64,000 nt of DNA from Stegostoma tigrinum (lineage: Eukaryota), in assembly GCF_030684315.1 (NCBI RefSeq), contig NC_081387.1:26964647-27028646 (forward strand). Direction: 5' to 3'. Under the pieces are notes generated by a model. The model had not been told where the DNA came from. It was given only the letters and a program-made list of their open reading frames with translations, and did no database searches. The translations under genes and the position numbers were made by a program. Positions 36,010 through 50,140 of the stretch are shown here, in pieces. Each line of letters begins with the position of its first letter. The first letter of the stretch is position 1.

Positions 36010-36860
36010 TAGAACATAGAACATAGAACAGTACAGCACAGAACAGGCCCTTCAGCCCACAATGTTGTGCCGACCATTGATCCTCATGTATGCACCCTCA
36101 AATTTCTGTGACCATATACATGTCCAGCAGTCTCTTAAATGACCCCAATGACCTTGCTTCCACAACTGCTGCTGGCAACGCATTCCATGCTCTCACAACT
36201 CTCTGCGTAAAGAACCCGCCTCTGACATCCCCTCTATACTTTCCACCAACCAGCTTAAAACTATGACCCCTCGTGCTAGCCATTTCTGCCCTGGGAAATA
36301 GTCTCTGGCTATCAACTCTATCTATGCCTCTCATTATCTTGTGTACCTCAATTAGGTCACCTCCCCTCCTCCTTTTCTCCAGTGAAAAAAGTCCGAACTC
36401 AGTCAACCTCTCTTCATAAGATAAGCCCTCCAGTCCAGGCAGCATCCTGGTAAACCTCCTCTGAACCCTCTCCAAAGCATCCACATCTTTCCTACAATAG
36501 GGCGACCAGAACTGGACGCAGTATTCCAAGTGCGGTCTAACCAAAGTTTTATAGAGTGCAACAAGATCTCACAACTCTTAAACTCAATACCCCTGTTAAT
36601 GAAAGCCAAAACACCATATGCTTTCTTAACAACCCTGTCCACTTGGGTGGCCATTTTAAGGGATCTATGTATCTGCACACCAAGATCCCTCTGTTCCTCC
36701 ACACTGCCAAGAATCCTATCCTTAATCCTGTACTCAGCTTTCAAATTCGACCTTCCAAAATGCATCACCTCGCATTTATCCAGGTTGAACTCCATCTGCC
36801 ACTTCTCAGCCCATCTCTGCATCCTGTCAATGTGCCGCTGCAGCCTACAACATCCCTCTA
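36010..36860 (-). mobile_element. Relatively young CR1-type LINE, 5'-truncated
   Basis: ORFs 36403-36822 and 36098-36544 are joined by one frameshift (VRPHLEYCVQFWSP...FFTQRVVRAWNALP). (TTCTATG)n tail at 36011-36030. Confidence 0.92.
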
Positions 36861-37049
36861 TACTGACAATGAATCATCTTCAGAGATAACAAGGTGTAGA
36901 GATCACGGGAACTGCAGATGCTGGAGAATCCGAGATAACCACGTGTGGAGCTGGATGAACACAGCACGCCAAGCAGCACAAAGCTAACCCTTCGTCACAA
37001 ATGGGGGAAGGGGAAGGGAGACCTGAAATAAATAGGGAGAGAGGGGGAA

Positions 37050-38015
37050 GAGACAGTGGGAACTGCAGATGCTGGAGAATCCAAGATAAAGTGCAAAGCA
37101 CGGTGAACACAGCAGGCCAAGCAGCATCTCAGGAGCACAAAAGCTGACGCTTCGGGCCTAGACCCTTCATCAGACAGGGGGATGGGGGAGAGGGAACTGG
37201 AATAAATAGGGAGAGGCAGACCGAAGATGGAGAGAGGAGAAGATAGGTGGAGAGGAGAGTATAGATGGGGAGGTAGGGAGGGGATAGGTCAGTCCAGGGA
37301 GGACGGACAGGTCAAGGAGGCAGGATGAGGTTAGTAGGTCGGAAATGGAGGTGCGAGGAGGGGATAGATGAGAGGAAAAACAGGTTAGGGAGGAGGGGAT
37401 GAACTGGCTGGTATTGGGATGCGGTGGTGGAAGGGGAGATTCGAAGCTTGGGAAGTCCACATTGACACCATTGGGCTGCAGGGTTCCCAAGCGGAATATG
37501 AGTTGCTGTTCCTGCAACCTTCGGGTGGCATCATTGTGGCACTGCAGGAGGCCCAGGATGGACATGTCGTCTAAAGAATGGGAGGGGGAGTGGAAATGGT
37601 TCGCGACTGGGAGGTGCAGTTGTTTGTTGCGAACCGAGCGGAGGTGTTCTGCAAAGCGGTACCCAAGCCTCCACTTGGTTTCCCCAATGTAGAGGAAGCC
37701 ACACTGCATAGAGTGGATACAGTACACCACATTGGCAGATGTGCAGGTGAACATCTGCTTGACATGGAAAGTCATCTTGGGGCCTGGGATGGGGCTGAGG
37801 GAGGTGGTGTGGGGGCAAGTGTAGCATTTCCTGCGGTTGCAGGGAAAGGTGCCAGGTATTGGAGGGGAGTGTGGAGCGGACAAGGGAGTCACGGAGAGAG
37901 TGGTCTCTCCGGAAAGCAGAGAAGGGTGGGGAGGGAAAAATGTCCTGGGTGGTGGGGTCGGATTGTAGCTGGCGGAAGTGTTGGAGGATGATGTGTTGTA
38001 TGCGGGAGGTCGGTG
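37050..38015 (-). mobile_element. Penelope-like element 3' part (GIY-YIG plus terminal repeat with hammerhead motif)
   Basis: ORF 37170-38195 contains CNRRKCYTC..FTCTSANVVYCI...FLYIGETKWRLGYRFAEHL..VANHF..P.G.N. Confidence 0.9.
37146..37173 (-). ncRNA. Minimal hammerhead ribozyme motif of the Penelope terminal repeat (GAAA changed to GAAG)
   Basis: Minus strand CTGATGA-A-GGGTC TAG GCCC-GAAG-C-GTC directly at the end of the GIY-YIG ORF. Confidence 0.55.
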
Positions 38016-38673
38016 GGGTGTAGAGCTAGCAGAACAGAGCAGGCCAAGCAGCAGAGGAGCAGGACATGTCCAGCTCCACTTTCCTGCTTTAATCCCCATA
38101 ACCATCGAGTGCCGTCCTGAATAAAAATCTCTATCACCAATGGTTGTACGAAGTGACCCAACATCCACAGCCCCCTGCAGTAAAGGATTCTGCAAATTCT
38201 TGCCCCGGGAGAGTAGAAACTCCTCCTAATCGTTGTCTTCAATGAGTCACCCCTTACTCAGAGACTGCCCTCTAGTCCTAGGCTCTCCCATCAAGGGTAA
38301 CAGCCTCTCCCAATCTCCCCTGTCAAAGTCCCTAAGCCTCATCGTTCAAGCACATTTCAATCAGGACTTTTCCGATTCTAAACCATCATGCATACAGGTT
38401 CAACTTCTCCTCAAAGATAAATCCCTCTGTTCCTGACACCAGCAAATTGAACCTTTTCTGTACTGTCTGCAATGCCAGTGCAGTAATATCCAGCTCCTCG
38501 ATTCTTCCTGCCAAAATTGCATAACCTCACATATCATAAGACTAGATAGGACCCTCAACGCTCTCACTCTGTCTCTACTCTCCTCCTATTCCTCCCCTGC
38601 CAGTCACTACCCCACTCCAGACCCTCCATCTGCCAATCCCTCAGTTTGCACCTCAATAAGTGATAATTAAGTT

Positions 38674-38703
38674 CTGAGGAAGGGTTGCCAGACCTGAAAC
38701 GTT
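38674..38703 (+). ncRNA. Minimal hammerhead ribozyme core (Penelope-derived)
   Basis: CTGAGGA-A-GGGTT GCCA GACCT-GAAA-CGTT. The core is intact but the 3' strand of helix I is lost. Confidence 0.5.
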
Positions 38704-39759
38704 TTGTCCTCCACAGATGCTGCCAGGCTGCTGAGGTTCTCCAGCAACTTTGTTTTTGTTCCTGATTTACAGCATCTGCAGTTCTTTTGGTTTTTAAAGT
38801 GATAATTAGCCTCTCCCAACTCATCGTGTGAGATTTAAAAGATGGCTTTAAAAGGAGTTTAGTTTAGCAGTATGTGACTTCCGCCACAATTACTGATTTT
38901 AAAACAGTTTCACCTTGGCAATCTGAGCAAAATCACTCAAAAGCTGAGGACAACCAAAATTAATCAGTGTTTATTGAAAAAGAAAGAAAATCTCAAAAGG
39001 AAAATACAAAAACAAAACAAACTTTGGATCCAAGATGCAAATCATCACAAAGAATGAAGTGTGAACTTGCAGGCTCCCGAAACCCTGCCCATCCAGCGAT
39101 GGTCACAAATTTACATCCTAACATGGGAATGACATCGAGCAGCTAGTCTGAGACACAAACCATATCCTTTGAATTAGACAGTAATTCACCTGCAGATAGA
39201 TGATTTATTGTTTAAGATTGCATTCATTTAAATGGAGTCAGTAATGTGTTCTAATGGCTTGATGCTGCTTCAGAGGGGGTTACGTAAGGATCTTAGTCCA
39301 AAGTCTTACTTAATCCCTTTCGCTCTCTCTCGCCATTTACTTCCCCACACTGCAACGGCAAACACTGACCTTCAATTCTAAATGGCACTGGCACCTTAAC
39401 CACCTTTAGTCACTTATTCTCTCAAGATCATATGGAGGCTCACAACATAAAGTGCTTTATGGGGAAATGGTAGTGCCCCTTACCTCTGGAGCAGGTGCTC
39501 TGGGTTGAAGTCCCATTCTGTGTCTTGTTGGCTGTGGAAGGTTGCATTTGTGTTGTGGCCAAACAGGGTCATCGTTAGCCTGGAAATCCTTCTAAAGCAC
39601 CTGATTGGCAGGCAGTGAGTGAGGAGGGTTTCCTGCTCATCCAATCTACAGCCCTTAAGCCACAAACATGGACCAAAAGAGCTAATGGCCCAACCCTCAG
39701 TAACTGAGGAACAAACTGACACACTCCGTTTTGCTGCCTGGTTGCGATCTATTGTCACT

Positions 39760-41170
39760 GTTGGTTAATAGATGGTTAATGTTAGAGCTCTCACAGCTGA
39801 GAGAACCACATGGCCATGATCAACATCCTGGGGGGTTACCTTTAACCATTAAACTGAAGTGGTCCACACCGTGGCTACAAACAGCAGGTCAGAGGCCAGG
39901 TAAATGTCAGCAAGTAACTCACCTCCTGACCAGCAACCCCCCACCGCCAACCCCACCCCCCACCCCACCCCCAGGCCTGTCCCACCATCCATGGCTTTGG
40001 TGGAAGTTTCCTCCCTGCCCAGTGACGAAGTGGCTTCCGACAGCACAGCACAGCAGTCACCCAGCGCCAAGGTCTCACCCCCATGTGAAGCTCTCCTTCG
40101 TCTTTGGCTTCAAATAGTCATCCAGGAGGTAGAGGTTTTGGACTGGCACAGCTGTTTCCTTTGGTGGAAGCTCCCAGCCCAGTATTCCAGCAGCCAGGCT
40201 TGGCAGTCTCGTCTCGGCATGCTGGTCTCATTCCAGCCGTCCCATCGTTCCTTATTCGGCCTTCCCCAAGCCCAGGAGCCATTAACCGAATTGTGAAGAA
40301 TTAAGAGTACATTTGGAACAAGTTCATATGTATGATACCTGTCATTAATACAGGAGCCACGGTTGGACAATTCATGTAAAAAAATACATGGGGGCAATAA
40401 ATTTGTATTCTATCCTCTTCCGTTCTGATGAAGCTCGACACCATCCAGGACAAAGCAGCCCCCGCTCGATTGGCACCACATCCACAAACATCCCACTCCC
40501 TCCCCCCACCGACGCTCAGTCGCAGCAGTGTGTACCATCTACAAGATGCTCTGCAGAGATTCACCAAAGACCCTCAGGTAGCACCTTCCAAACCCACGGC
40601 CTACTTCCATCCAGAAGGACAAGGGGCAGCCCCCTGCAAGCTCCCCTCTTTCTCCAGTACATTGAACAACATTATCAGTGCTCCCTCCTCTCTCATCCAG
40701 AATTGGAAATGTTTATCCTCCTCACTTCCAGTTTCCACCCCACCCTCACCCTAACCCTAACCTGATCTATCTCTAACTCCTCCCTTCCCTTCCTTGACAT
40801 CTGTTTCCATTTCTGAGGCTTGACTGGCCACAAATATCTATTACAAATGCACAGACGCCCACAGCTCCCTGTTTCCTGTAAAGACTCCATCCCATTCTCT
40901 CAGTTCCTCCGTCTCCCTCGCATATGGTCAGATGAGGCCAACTTCGACAAGGGAGCCTCTGAAATGTCCACCTTCTTCCTCATCCAAGGATTCCCCAGCT
41001 CTATTGTCGACAGGCCCCTCAACCAGGTCTGATCTATCTCCAGCACTTCCACCCTCACCCCGATAACAGTGACAGGGATCCCCCATCCCACCAGCATCCA
41101 CAACCAGAGGATCATTAGGTGCTATTTCCACCAACTCCAGCGAGACCTCTCCACCGGACACACATTCCCC
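39760..41170 (+). mobile_element. Nested LINE (second family) and Penelope RT fragments
   Basis: 39760-40640 repeats the GCAGGTCAGAGG...GTAACTCACCTCCTG sequence of 28740-28860. 40690-41170 encodes SCKDSIPFSQFLRL.RI.SD. Confidence 0.65.
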
Positions 41171-41174
41171 TCCT

Positions 41175-43085
41175 ATAGAAACAGTAGATAGGAGCAGGAG
41201 AGGCCATTCGGCCCTTCGATCCTGCTCTGCCATTCATCATGATCATGGCTGATTGTCTAACTCAATAGACAAATCCTTCTTTCTCCATAACCTTTGAACC
41301 CATTCGCCCCAAGAGCTATAATCTAGCCGCCTGTTGAACACATTCAATGTTTTGGCACCAACTACTCCATGTGGTAATGAATTCCACAGGCTCACCACTC
41401 TTTAGGAGAAGAAATGTCTCCTCATCTCCGTCCTGAATGGTCTACCCTGAATCCTCAGACTGTGACACACCCATCATCAGGAACATCCTCCCTGCATCTA
41501 CCCTGTCTAGTTCTGTTAGAGTTTTCCATGTCTCTATGAGATTCCCCTCATTTGTCTGAACTCCAGCAAAAACAATGCTAACCCACTCAATCTCTCCTCA
41601 TCCATCAGACCCACCATCCCCAGAATCAGCCTGGTAAACCTTTGCTGCACTTCCTCAAGAGCAACAACATCCTTCCTCAGAAAAGGAGGCCAAAACTGCA
41701 CACAATATTCCAGGTGTGACCTCACCAAGGCCCTGTATAACTGCAACAACACATCCCTGCTCCAGTACTCAAAGCCTCTCACAATGAAGGCCGACACACC
41801 ATTTACTTCTTTAACACCTGCTGCACCTGCATGCTTCCCTTCAACGACTGGTGCACAAGGACACCCAGGTCCCACTGCACACACCCCTCTCCCAATTTAC
41901 AGCTGTGCAGGTAGTAATCTGCCGTCTCGTTTTTACTTCCGAAGTAAATAACCTCTCATTTTATCCAATTTATACTGCATCTGCCATTTGCCCACTCACC
42001 CAACCTGACCAGATCATGCTGAAGTATCTCTGCATTCTTCTCACAGTTCACCCTCCCACCCAACTTGGTATCATCTGCAAACTTGGAGATGTTACATTTT
42101 GTTCCCTCATCCAAATCATTATTATATATTGTGAATAGCTGGGGTCCCTGCACCAATCCCTGTGTACCCCACTAGTTACTGCCAATTTGAAAAGGACCCA
42201 TTAATTCCTACACTTTGTTTCCTCTCTGCCAACCAGTTTCCTGTCCATCTCAATACACTTCCCCCAATTCCATGCACTTAATCTTGCACATTAATCTCTT
42301 ATGCGGGACTTTGTCAAATGCTTTCTGAATGTCCAAATATACCACATGGACTAGCTCTCCCTTGTCAACTTTACTAGTTACATCTTCATAGAATTGCAAC
42401 AGATTTGTCAAACATGATTTTCTCTTCATAAATCCATGCTGATACTGTCTGATCCTGTCACTGCTTTCTCAATGTTCCGCTATAAAATCCTTGGTAATGA
42501 ATTTGAGAATATTCCCCACTCCTGATGTTAGGCTTACTGGACTATAATTTTCTGTTTTCTCTCTCCCTCCCTTTTTGAATATTGGAGTGACCCTCCAATC
42601 TGCATAGACTGTTCCAGCTTCTATAGAATTCTGGAAGATGACCACAAATGTATCCACTGGAGCCACTTCTTTAAGTACTGTGGGATGTTGACCATCAGGC
42701 CCTGAGGATGTATCCGCCTTCAATCCCATCATTTTCCCAGCACCATTTCTCTATTAATATTGATCTCCCTCAATTCCTCCCTCTCACTAAATCTTGCATT
42801 CTGCAACATTTCTCATATCTGATTTTTGCCCTCTTTTGTGAAGGCAGAACCAAAGTAATATTCAGTTGCTCAGCAATTTCTTTGTCCCCTATTGTGCATT
42901 TCCCCCCTGTTTCTGTCTATAGGGGACCTATGTTTGTCTTCAATCTTCTTCTCTTCACGTACCTATAGAAACTCTTAGTGTCAGTCTTTATGTTACCTGC
43001 AAGCTTACTTCCGCACTGTATTTTCCCCTTCTTAATCAATCCCTTGGTCCTTCGTTGTTGAATTCTAAACTGCTCCCAATCCTCT
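41175..43085 (-). mobile_element. CR1-type LINE, degenerate ORF2 RT region
   Basis: ORFs 42469-42732 (GPDG.HP.VLKE), 41956-42156 (KFADDTKLGG) and 41534-41884 (LVRSHLEYCVQFW). Confidence 0.88.
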
Positions 43086-43124
43086 GGCCAAGAAAAATAT
43101 GGCTATCTGTACATTTCTTCATTA

Positions 43125-46100
43125 GAAGAGAGAACATAGAACAGAATGTAGAACAGTACAACACAGTAAAGGCCCTTGAGCCCACGATGTTGTGCCAAAC
43201 TTCACCCTCAGCCTATCTAACCTCCACCCCTACCTTATACTGTCATCCAAATGCCTATCTAATAGCCGCTTAAATGTCCCTAACGAGGCCAACTCCACTA
43301 CCCTCTCCGGCAATGCATTCCACGCCCCGACCACTCTGAGTAAAGAACCTACCTCTGATGTCTCCCCTGTATCTACCTCCACTCACTTTAAAACAATGCC
43401 CCCTTGTAATAGCTACCTCCACCTGAGGAAAAACTCTTTGGCTGTCCACTCTATCTGTACCTCTGATCATTTTGTACACCTCTATCAAGTCACCTCTCCT
43501 CCTTTGTCATTCTAAAAAAAAGCCGTAGCTCTCTCAAACTTTCCTCGTAAGAACTTCCCTCCATTCCAGGCAACATCCTGGGAAATCTCCTCTGTACCTT
43601 TTCCAACACTTCCACATCTTTCCTATAAGAGGTGACCGGAACTGGACACAATACTCCAGATGTGGCTGAACCAGGGTCTTGTGTAGCTGGAGCATAACTT
43701 CATGGCTCTTGAACTCGGTCCCTCTATTAATGAAAGTGAACACACCATACACCTTCTTAACAACTCTATCCACCTGGGTGGCAGCTTTCAGGGAACTGTG
43801 GACATGAACCCCAAAACCCATGCTCCTCAGTACTGCTAATCTTTCCATTAACCCTGTATTCTGCTTTCAAGTTTGTCCTTCCAAAATGAATCACCTCATA
43901 CTTTTCAGTGTTAAACTCAATTTGCCACTTCTCAGCCCAGCTCTGCATCCTATCAACGTCCCTTTGTAACCTAGAACAGCCCTCCACACTGTCCACAACG
44001 TGACCCACCTTCGTATCGTCCACGAACATGCTAATCAACCGTCCACTCCTACATCCTAATCATTTACAAAAGTCACAAATAGAAGAGGACCCAGAACAGA
44101 TCCTTGTGGTACAGCACTTGTAACTGAGCACTATGGTGAATATTTTCTGTTCACTACCACCCTTTAGATTCAGAATTGGCTGACCCTTAGAAAACAAATC
44201 TGCCACATTTCCCCCTATCCCATGACTCCTTACTTTCTGCATGAGCCAACCATGGGGAACCTTATCAAATACCTTGCTTAAATCCACATATACACTGCTC
44301 TACCTTCATCCATGTGTTTGGTCACCTCTTCAAAAGAATTCAGTAAGGCTTGGTGAGGCATGATCTACCACTCACAAATCCAAGCTGACTATCAGAAATC
44401 AAACTGTGCCTTTCCAAGGTGACTATAAATCCTATCTCAGAGCCCTCACCAATAATTTGCCCACCACTGAAGTAAGACTAAACTGCCTGCAATTTCTGGG
44501 GTTATCCCTGTTCCGAATTTTGAACAAGGGAATGACGTTTGCCTCTCTCCAATGTTCTGGCACTATACCTGTGGTTAGGTATAAGCCAAAGGCCCTGCGA
44601 TCTCTTCCCTCATTTCCCATAGAATCCTTGGATAAATCCCATCAGACCCAGGGGACTTATTTATCTTCAGTTCCTCAAAATTCCTAGTACATCTTCCTTA
44701 CTAACATCCACCTCCTCTAGCCTACCAGCCTGTTTTACACTGTCCTCCTCTACAACTAGGTCCCTCTCAGTTGTGAATAGCCAAGAAAAGTATTCATTAA
44801 GGACCTCTCCTCTCTCTTTAGGCCCCGTCCAGAAATTCCCTTTACGATCCTTGATTAGCCCTACCCTTTCTTTGGTCGTTCTCTTATTCCTCACGTACAT
44901 GTAAAAAGCCTTGGAGTTTTCTCTGATCCTATCTGCCAAGGTTTTCTCATGTCCCTTATAGCTCTCCTAAGGCCTTTCTTCACCCCCTTCCTGGATAACT
45001 TGTATCCCTCTAGAGCCTTTTCCAATCCTTGTTTCCTAAACCTTACATAAGCCTCCTTCTTCCTCTTAACCAGTTGTTCGACCTTTGAGAGCCAAGGTGC
45101 TCCCTCACTCGACCGCATCTTCCCTGCCTGCTAGGGACAAACATATCGAGCACACGCAGTATGCGTTCCTTTTAACAATCCCACATTTCAATATTACTCT
45201 TCCCTGACAGCAACTGTTCCCATTTTATGTTACCCACTTCTTGCCTAACAGAATTGTAGATACCCTTCCCCCAATTATAAACCTTACCCCGCTGTATGTA
45301 GCTATCCTTTTCTATGACCAGTGTAAAAGTAACAGAGTTACGATCGCTACTGCCAAAATGCTCTCCTACCAACAGGTTTAACACTTGGTCCGGTTCATTG
45401 CCAAGCACCAAATACAAAGTGGCCTCTCCTTGTGTTGGTGTATCTACTTACTGTGTCAGGAATCCTTCCTGAACGCACTGGACAAAATTCGCTCCGTCTA
45501 AACTATTAGAACTAAAATGTTTCCAATCAATATTTGGAAAGTTGAAGTCACCCATGACTACAACCCTGTGATTTCTGCACCTTTCGAGTATCTGCCTCCC
45601 AATCCACTCCTCCGCTTCTCTGCAACTATTAGGGGGTCTGTGGAAAAAAAACTCCAACAAAGTGACTGTTCTTTTCTTGTTCCGGACCTCAACCCAAACT
45701 GACTTTGGAGGCATATCATTCTCGAACTGCCTTTCAGCAGCTGCTATACTTGCCCTGACTAGTAATGCCGCTCCCCCATCCCTTTTTCTACCCTTCCTAT
45801 TTCTTTTAAAGCATCTAAATTCCAAAACTTACGGCAACCATTCCTGTCCCTGAGTTACCCAAGTTTCTGTAATGGCCACAACATTGTAGTTCCAAGTACT
45901 GACCCATGCTCTAAGTTCATCCACCTTATTTCTGATACTTCTAACATTGAAGTGTACACACCTCGAACCATCTCTGTGTCCACAATTATGCTCCATCGAC
46001 TGCATTTCTTTATTAACAACCTCAATCCCAGTTGTGTCTGTTGTGTCGGTTGAATACCTTATCCTCTGAATTACAAATCCAGTTCCCCATCTGCCGATCT

Positions 46101-46610
46101 AGTTTAAACCATCCTGTATCGGTCGAGCAAACCTCCCTCCCAGGATATTTGTGCCCTTCCAGTTCAAGTGCAACCTCTCCTTACTGTACAGGCCCCACCT
46201 TCTCCAGAATGTTCTCCAGTTATCCACATAATGGAAGCCCTCCCTCCAACACCAGCCCTGTAGGCACGTGTTTACCTGCACTCCCTCCCTGTTTCTTACC
46301 TCGTTATCACGTGGCACCGCAAGTAATCCAGCAATAACGACCCTGTTTGTCCTGGACTTCAGCTTCCAACCTCACTCCGTGTACTCGTTTTTCACATTCT
46401 CAGTCCTATTTCTACCAATGCCCCTGGTACCGATGTGTATCATGTTGCTCACCCTCCCCCTTAAGGATCTTGAAGACACAATCTGAGACGTGACCGACCC
46501 TGGCCCCCGGGAGGCAACATACTATCTGTTCATCTCGTTCACATCCACAGAACCACCTGTCTGTGACTCTTACTATTGAGTCCCCCACGACAATTGCTCT
46601 CCTATTCTTC
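43125..46610 (-). mobile_element. Long degenerate CR1-type LINE: ORF1 esterase remnant, APE endonuclease, RT, 3' tail
   Basis: 46099-46317 WC.REGF..VDNW..FW....LY....LHLN.KG (SGNH esterase-type ORF1), 45448-45825 VVMGDFNFPNIDW, 44060-44287 D.SK.FDKVPH, 43766-44038 F.DDTK. Confidence 0.9.
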
Positions 46611-46619
46611 CGTCCCCCC

Positions 46620-47480
46620 GCCAGATCAGATACTGTCTCTAATTCCCTTCGTAAGCCATGGATTGGCCCTTTTACCCATTTTAGCTTGTGTCAGACAGGA
46701 ATAAACAGTTGTTGCAGTTCCCCCATGCATTCCCTGAATGTCTGCCATTGCCTATCCACTGTCATCCCTTTAAGTAACTCTTCCCAATCTATCAAGGCCA
46801 ACTCACACCTTACATCCTTGCAGTTTCCTTTATTAAGATGCAACACCTCCCCATCTCCAAATCAACTACCTCTCTCTCCAACTTGAGAAAAAATATTATT
46901 TCATGTTATGTCAGCTCATCCCCAAGGGGTAGCTCCCTAGTTGGTTCCTATACATATTGGTCAAGAAAACCACCCTTCATACACTCCAGGAATTTTTCCT
47001 CTAAAAGGCATTGGGCAGATCAAAATCAGCCACAATCTATGTGCAGATTAGAGCTCACCCATCACTGATATTCCCTGACCACATGCATTTCTAATTTCCA
47101 GTTTAATGCCATTCCCAACATCACTACTGCAGTTTGGGGTCTATAGATGATACCCACTAAGATCCTTTGCCCATTGACATTTCTCAACTCTAATAGCCAT
47201 ACAGACTCCACATTGTCAGAGCCAGTATCCTTTCTCACTATTGAGAGAATTTCCTCTTTAAGCAGTAATGCCACTGTACCCACCTTGTCCTATTTGTCTG
47301 TCCTTCCTCAATACTGAAGGTGGGACATTCAGTTCCCATCCCTGGTATCCTGCAGCCATGTCACCTTAATCCCAATTATGTCATACCCTGTTTACATCTA
47401 TCTATGTGTTTAGTTCAGCCACTGTATTAAGAAAACGCTCTGCACATTAAGGCACTAACCCTTTAAGCTCATTTTTTTCA
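46620..47480 (-). mobile_element. CR1-type endonuclease fragment
   Basis: ORF 47062-47283 VALL.KE...VESVW.EL...G....VG.IYRP. Confidence 0.7.
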
Positions 47481-47529
47481 ACATAGTTGTCTCCTCCTTA
47501 CTTTTCCTCAATAGCCCTGTTTGAATCTT

Positions 47530-48020
47530 GTCCTTCACAGAACGTCTACATTCTGCTCACAAAAAAGACCCTGAACTACCCGCTGCCTGCCAATTTAACT
47601 CACCACCCTGTTCCCTGGCCAACATCTCTGTCTCTGGCTTGCTGCAGAAGAACATCATCTTGTTTTCTAGACTCACCCTTGAGTCTAGGGCCTAAGCACT
47701 TTCTACCACGTCCTTTCCCCACTCCTGTACACCTTGTCATCACATGGTCTACCATTACACACAGCCCTTTATCAGCGACTACAAGTCCCCAGTATTCTCC
47801 TAGGCTGGCCATTAGCAACTCCTATGTCTGTCCAACTGGTTTTCTCACTCACACTCTCTAGGCTCCATCTCTACCTATCACTTACTCTCTTCATTCCCCC
47901 ACCTCCCACATGAAAACCAACCCTTTCCTAGGTACAGTCAGTTCTGAAGAAGGGCAACTGGGCCCAGAACATCTGCTTTCTGTCCCCAGATACTGCCAGA
48001 CCTGTTGGGAATTTGTTTTT
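47530..48020 (+). mobile_element. Penelope-like 3' fragment
   Basis: Similar to 16330-16890, with a degenerate hammerhead at 47944-47970. Confidence 0.65.
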
Positions 48021-48615
48021 CCTTCACTCTGTCCTTGAATCATGTGACCTTAAGCCTACAGCATCAAGATCAGAGAAACGACACCCATTCCTCTTAGTTG
48101 CCAATCAGGTTGTCATTATGTTGTCCTGAGCAATTTCACAAAAGCCTCATTTTTTAAAGGGACACAGAAAGTGTGTCCTCAATGATCCTAACCCTCCAGT
48201 GCACTCCAGCTTTAGAAGTTCTCCACTGAGGCGACTGCCCTGTCTAGTTTAGGAGTAGTCACATCTCAATACAACACAAAGATGACTGTCTCTTTAAGAC
48301 AGAGACGACCAGCTGGGCTGTGTCTGAGGTCAATGAGCAGTAAATGAGCTGAGGATAAAAGCCTTCAATCCTGTGCATGCCATCAGTGAATTGGTGTTGT
48401 AGCAAAGGTAAGGGACTGGGTCATGTTACAGCACTACCCTTAATAGACTTAGAGATTGTAGGAGCTGGAGAATCTGAGATAATGAGGTGTAGAGTTGGAT
48501 GCACAGGCCAGGCCAAGCAGCAGGAAAGCTGATGCTTTGGGTCTGGACTGTTCTTCAAAAATTTCTGAAAAAAGTCAGCTTTCCTGCTGTGTTCATCCAG
48601 CTCCTAACCTTAATA

Positions 48616-48694
48616 ATAAAATGTGAGGCTGGATGAACACAGCAGGCCCAGCAGCATCTCAGGAGCACAAAAGCTGATGTTTTGGGCCTAGACC
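48616..48694. mobile_element. Short Penelope terminal-repeat insertion with 15-bp TSD
   Basis: CTCCTAACCTTAATA at 48601-48615 and 48695-48709. Confidence 0.7.
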
Positions 48695-49849
48695 CTCCTA
48701 ACCTTAATAGGCTGGTTGTTTCACTTCAGAGAGCTATGAGTGAGGTGCTCTCCAGTGAGTGACTCCCTCTTATCTCTGGTTGGGTTTGGGAAAGTGACTT
48801 GAGAATCTTGTCCCTCCCTGTCTGATTAATGTTCTTCCTGGAAGTTCCTATTGCTCAATGTTCTTAGAGACCAGCTACACACAAATGACCCTTGCAGGAA
48901 GAGATGCCATCCTGTTGGCTCTAGCCTGAACCTGTTCTTCAAGGGCAGACCTAGAATGGTAACCCCTGCATGAGGAGTTGGCTGTGGTTCAGTGGTGGCC
49001 TCTGAGTCAGAGGACTGTGGGTTTGAGGTTTGCTCCACCTGCACAGAAATGCAAAGGTGCAGGCATAGGATACTTGGCCCTTTGAGACTGTCCTAATGTC
49101 CAACAAGGTCATGGCTCAGCATTGAGCTCAACATCTGAATCCCATCGTTACCTCCCCTCATCTAACCTTTAATCCAATCCCCTTCTTGTCTTAAGAACTG
49201 TCTAACAAAACTTTGGAACCATTCAATATTTTGACCTTGAATGGTTTGTGTGAGAATCCCACAGCTCCCTGCTGCCTAGGTGAAGAAATTTATCCTCTCA
49301 GTCTGATGTGGCTTACCCCAAATCCCCACACTGTGACCCCTTGGTCTGGACTCACTGGCCATTGAGAATATCCTTTTACCCCTGTCTAGTACTGTTTAGT
49401 GTTTTATAGCCTTCAATGGTTCCCTTGCCCCCAAGTGCTCCTTTCCTGAACCCCACACACAACAATGTGTAGTAAAAGTGATGGGCTGCAGAGTGGGGGA
49501 GTGAGTCTGTTGAGATTTCCCAGGGAAAGCTAGGGGGAGGAAGAGTTGGAAGGAAAGCACCGAGTGAAAATGGTGAGGAGGCTCTAGACAATGAGAGAGA
49601 AGCTCCTGCATTTGCAATGGAATGCTGTATTATTCTCCTCTGAGCTGGGATTATGAAAGGAAGGAGTGGGATGTAGGATGGAGGAGAATTCCATTCAGAA
49701 CCAAACACTACTCTTCCATCCTCCTGCCTGGCCTGTTCCCAATCAGCTATTGGCTTGTCATGGTGAAGCATGGTTGTCAATTGGCCTGATTTTAGTATTT
49801 AAGGCTGGGTCAAATAGCAGACTGTGAGCTGAGTTGTCTGTTCATTCAT

Positions 49850-50140
49850 AGGGTGAGGGCATCACTGACCAGGCCAGCATTTATTGACCAGAAGGCAGTC
49901 CAGAGTCACATGTTGCTGTGGGTCTGGAGTCACCTGTAGGTCAGACCAGGTAAGGATGGTGGCTTCCTTCCCTAAAGGACACTAGTGAACCAGATGGGTT
50001 TCGCATTTCACAATTCACAATGGATTCATGGTCATCATTAGGTTTTTAATTCATATTCCACTATCTGCCTGAGCAGGATTCAAGCCTGGGTCCCCAGAGC
50101 ATTCCCTCTGTCTTTGGATTAACACTTCAGTGATGAAAAG
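49850..50140 (-). mobile_element. tRNA-derived SINE (same family as 59545-60040)
   Basis: Shares AGACCAGGTAAGGATGG..TTCCTTCCCTAAAGGAC..AGTGAACCAGATGGGT with copies near 1-250, 17540-17880 and 26150-26420. Confidence 0.65.
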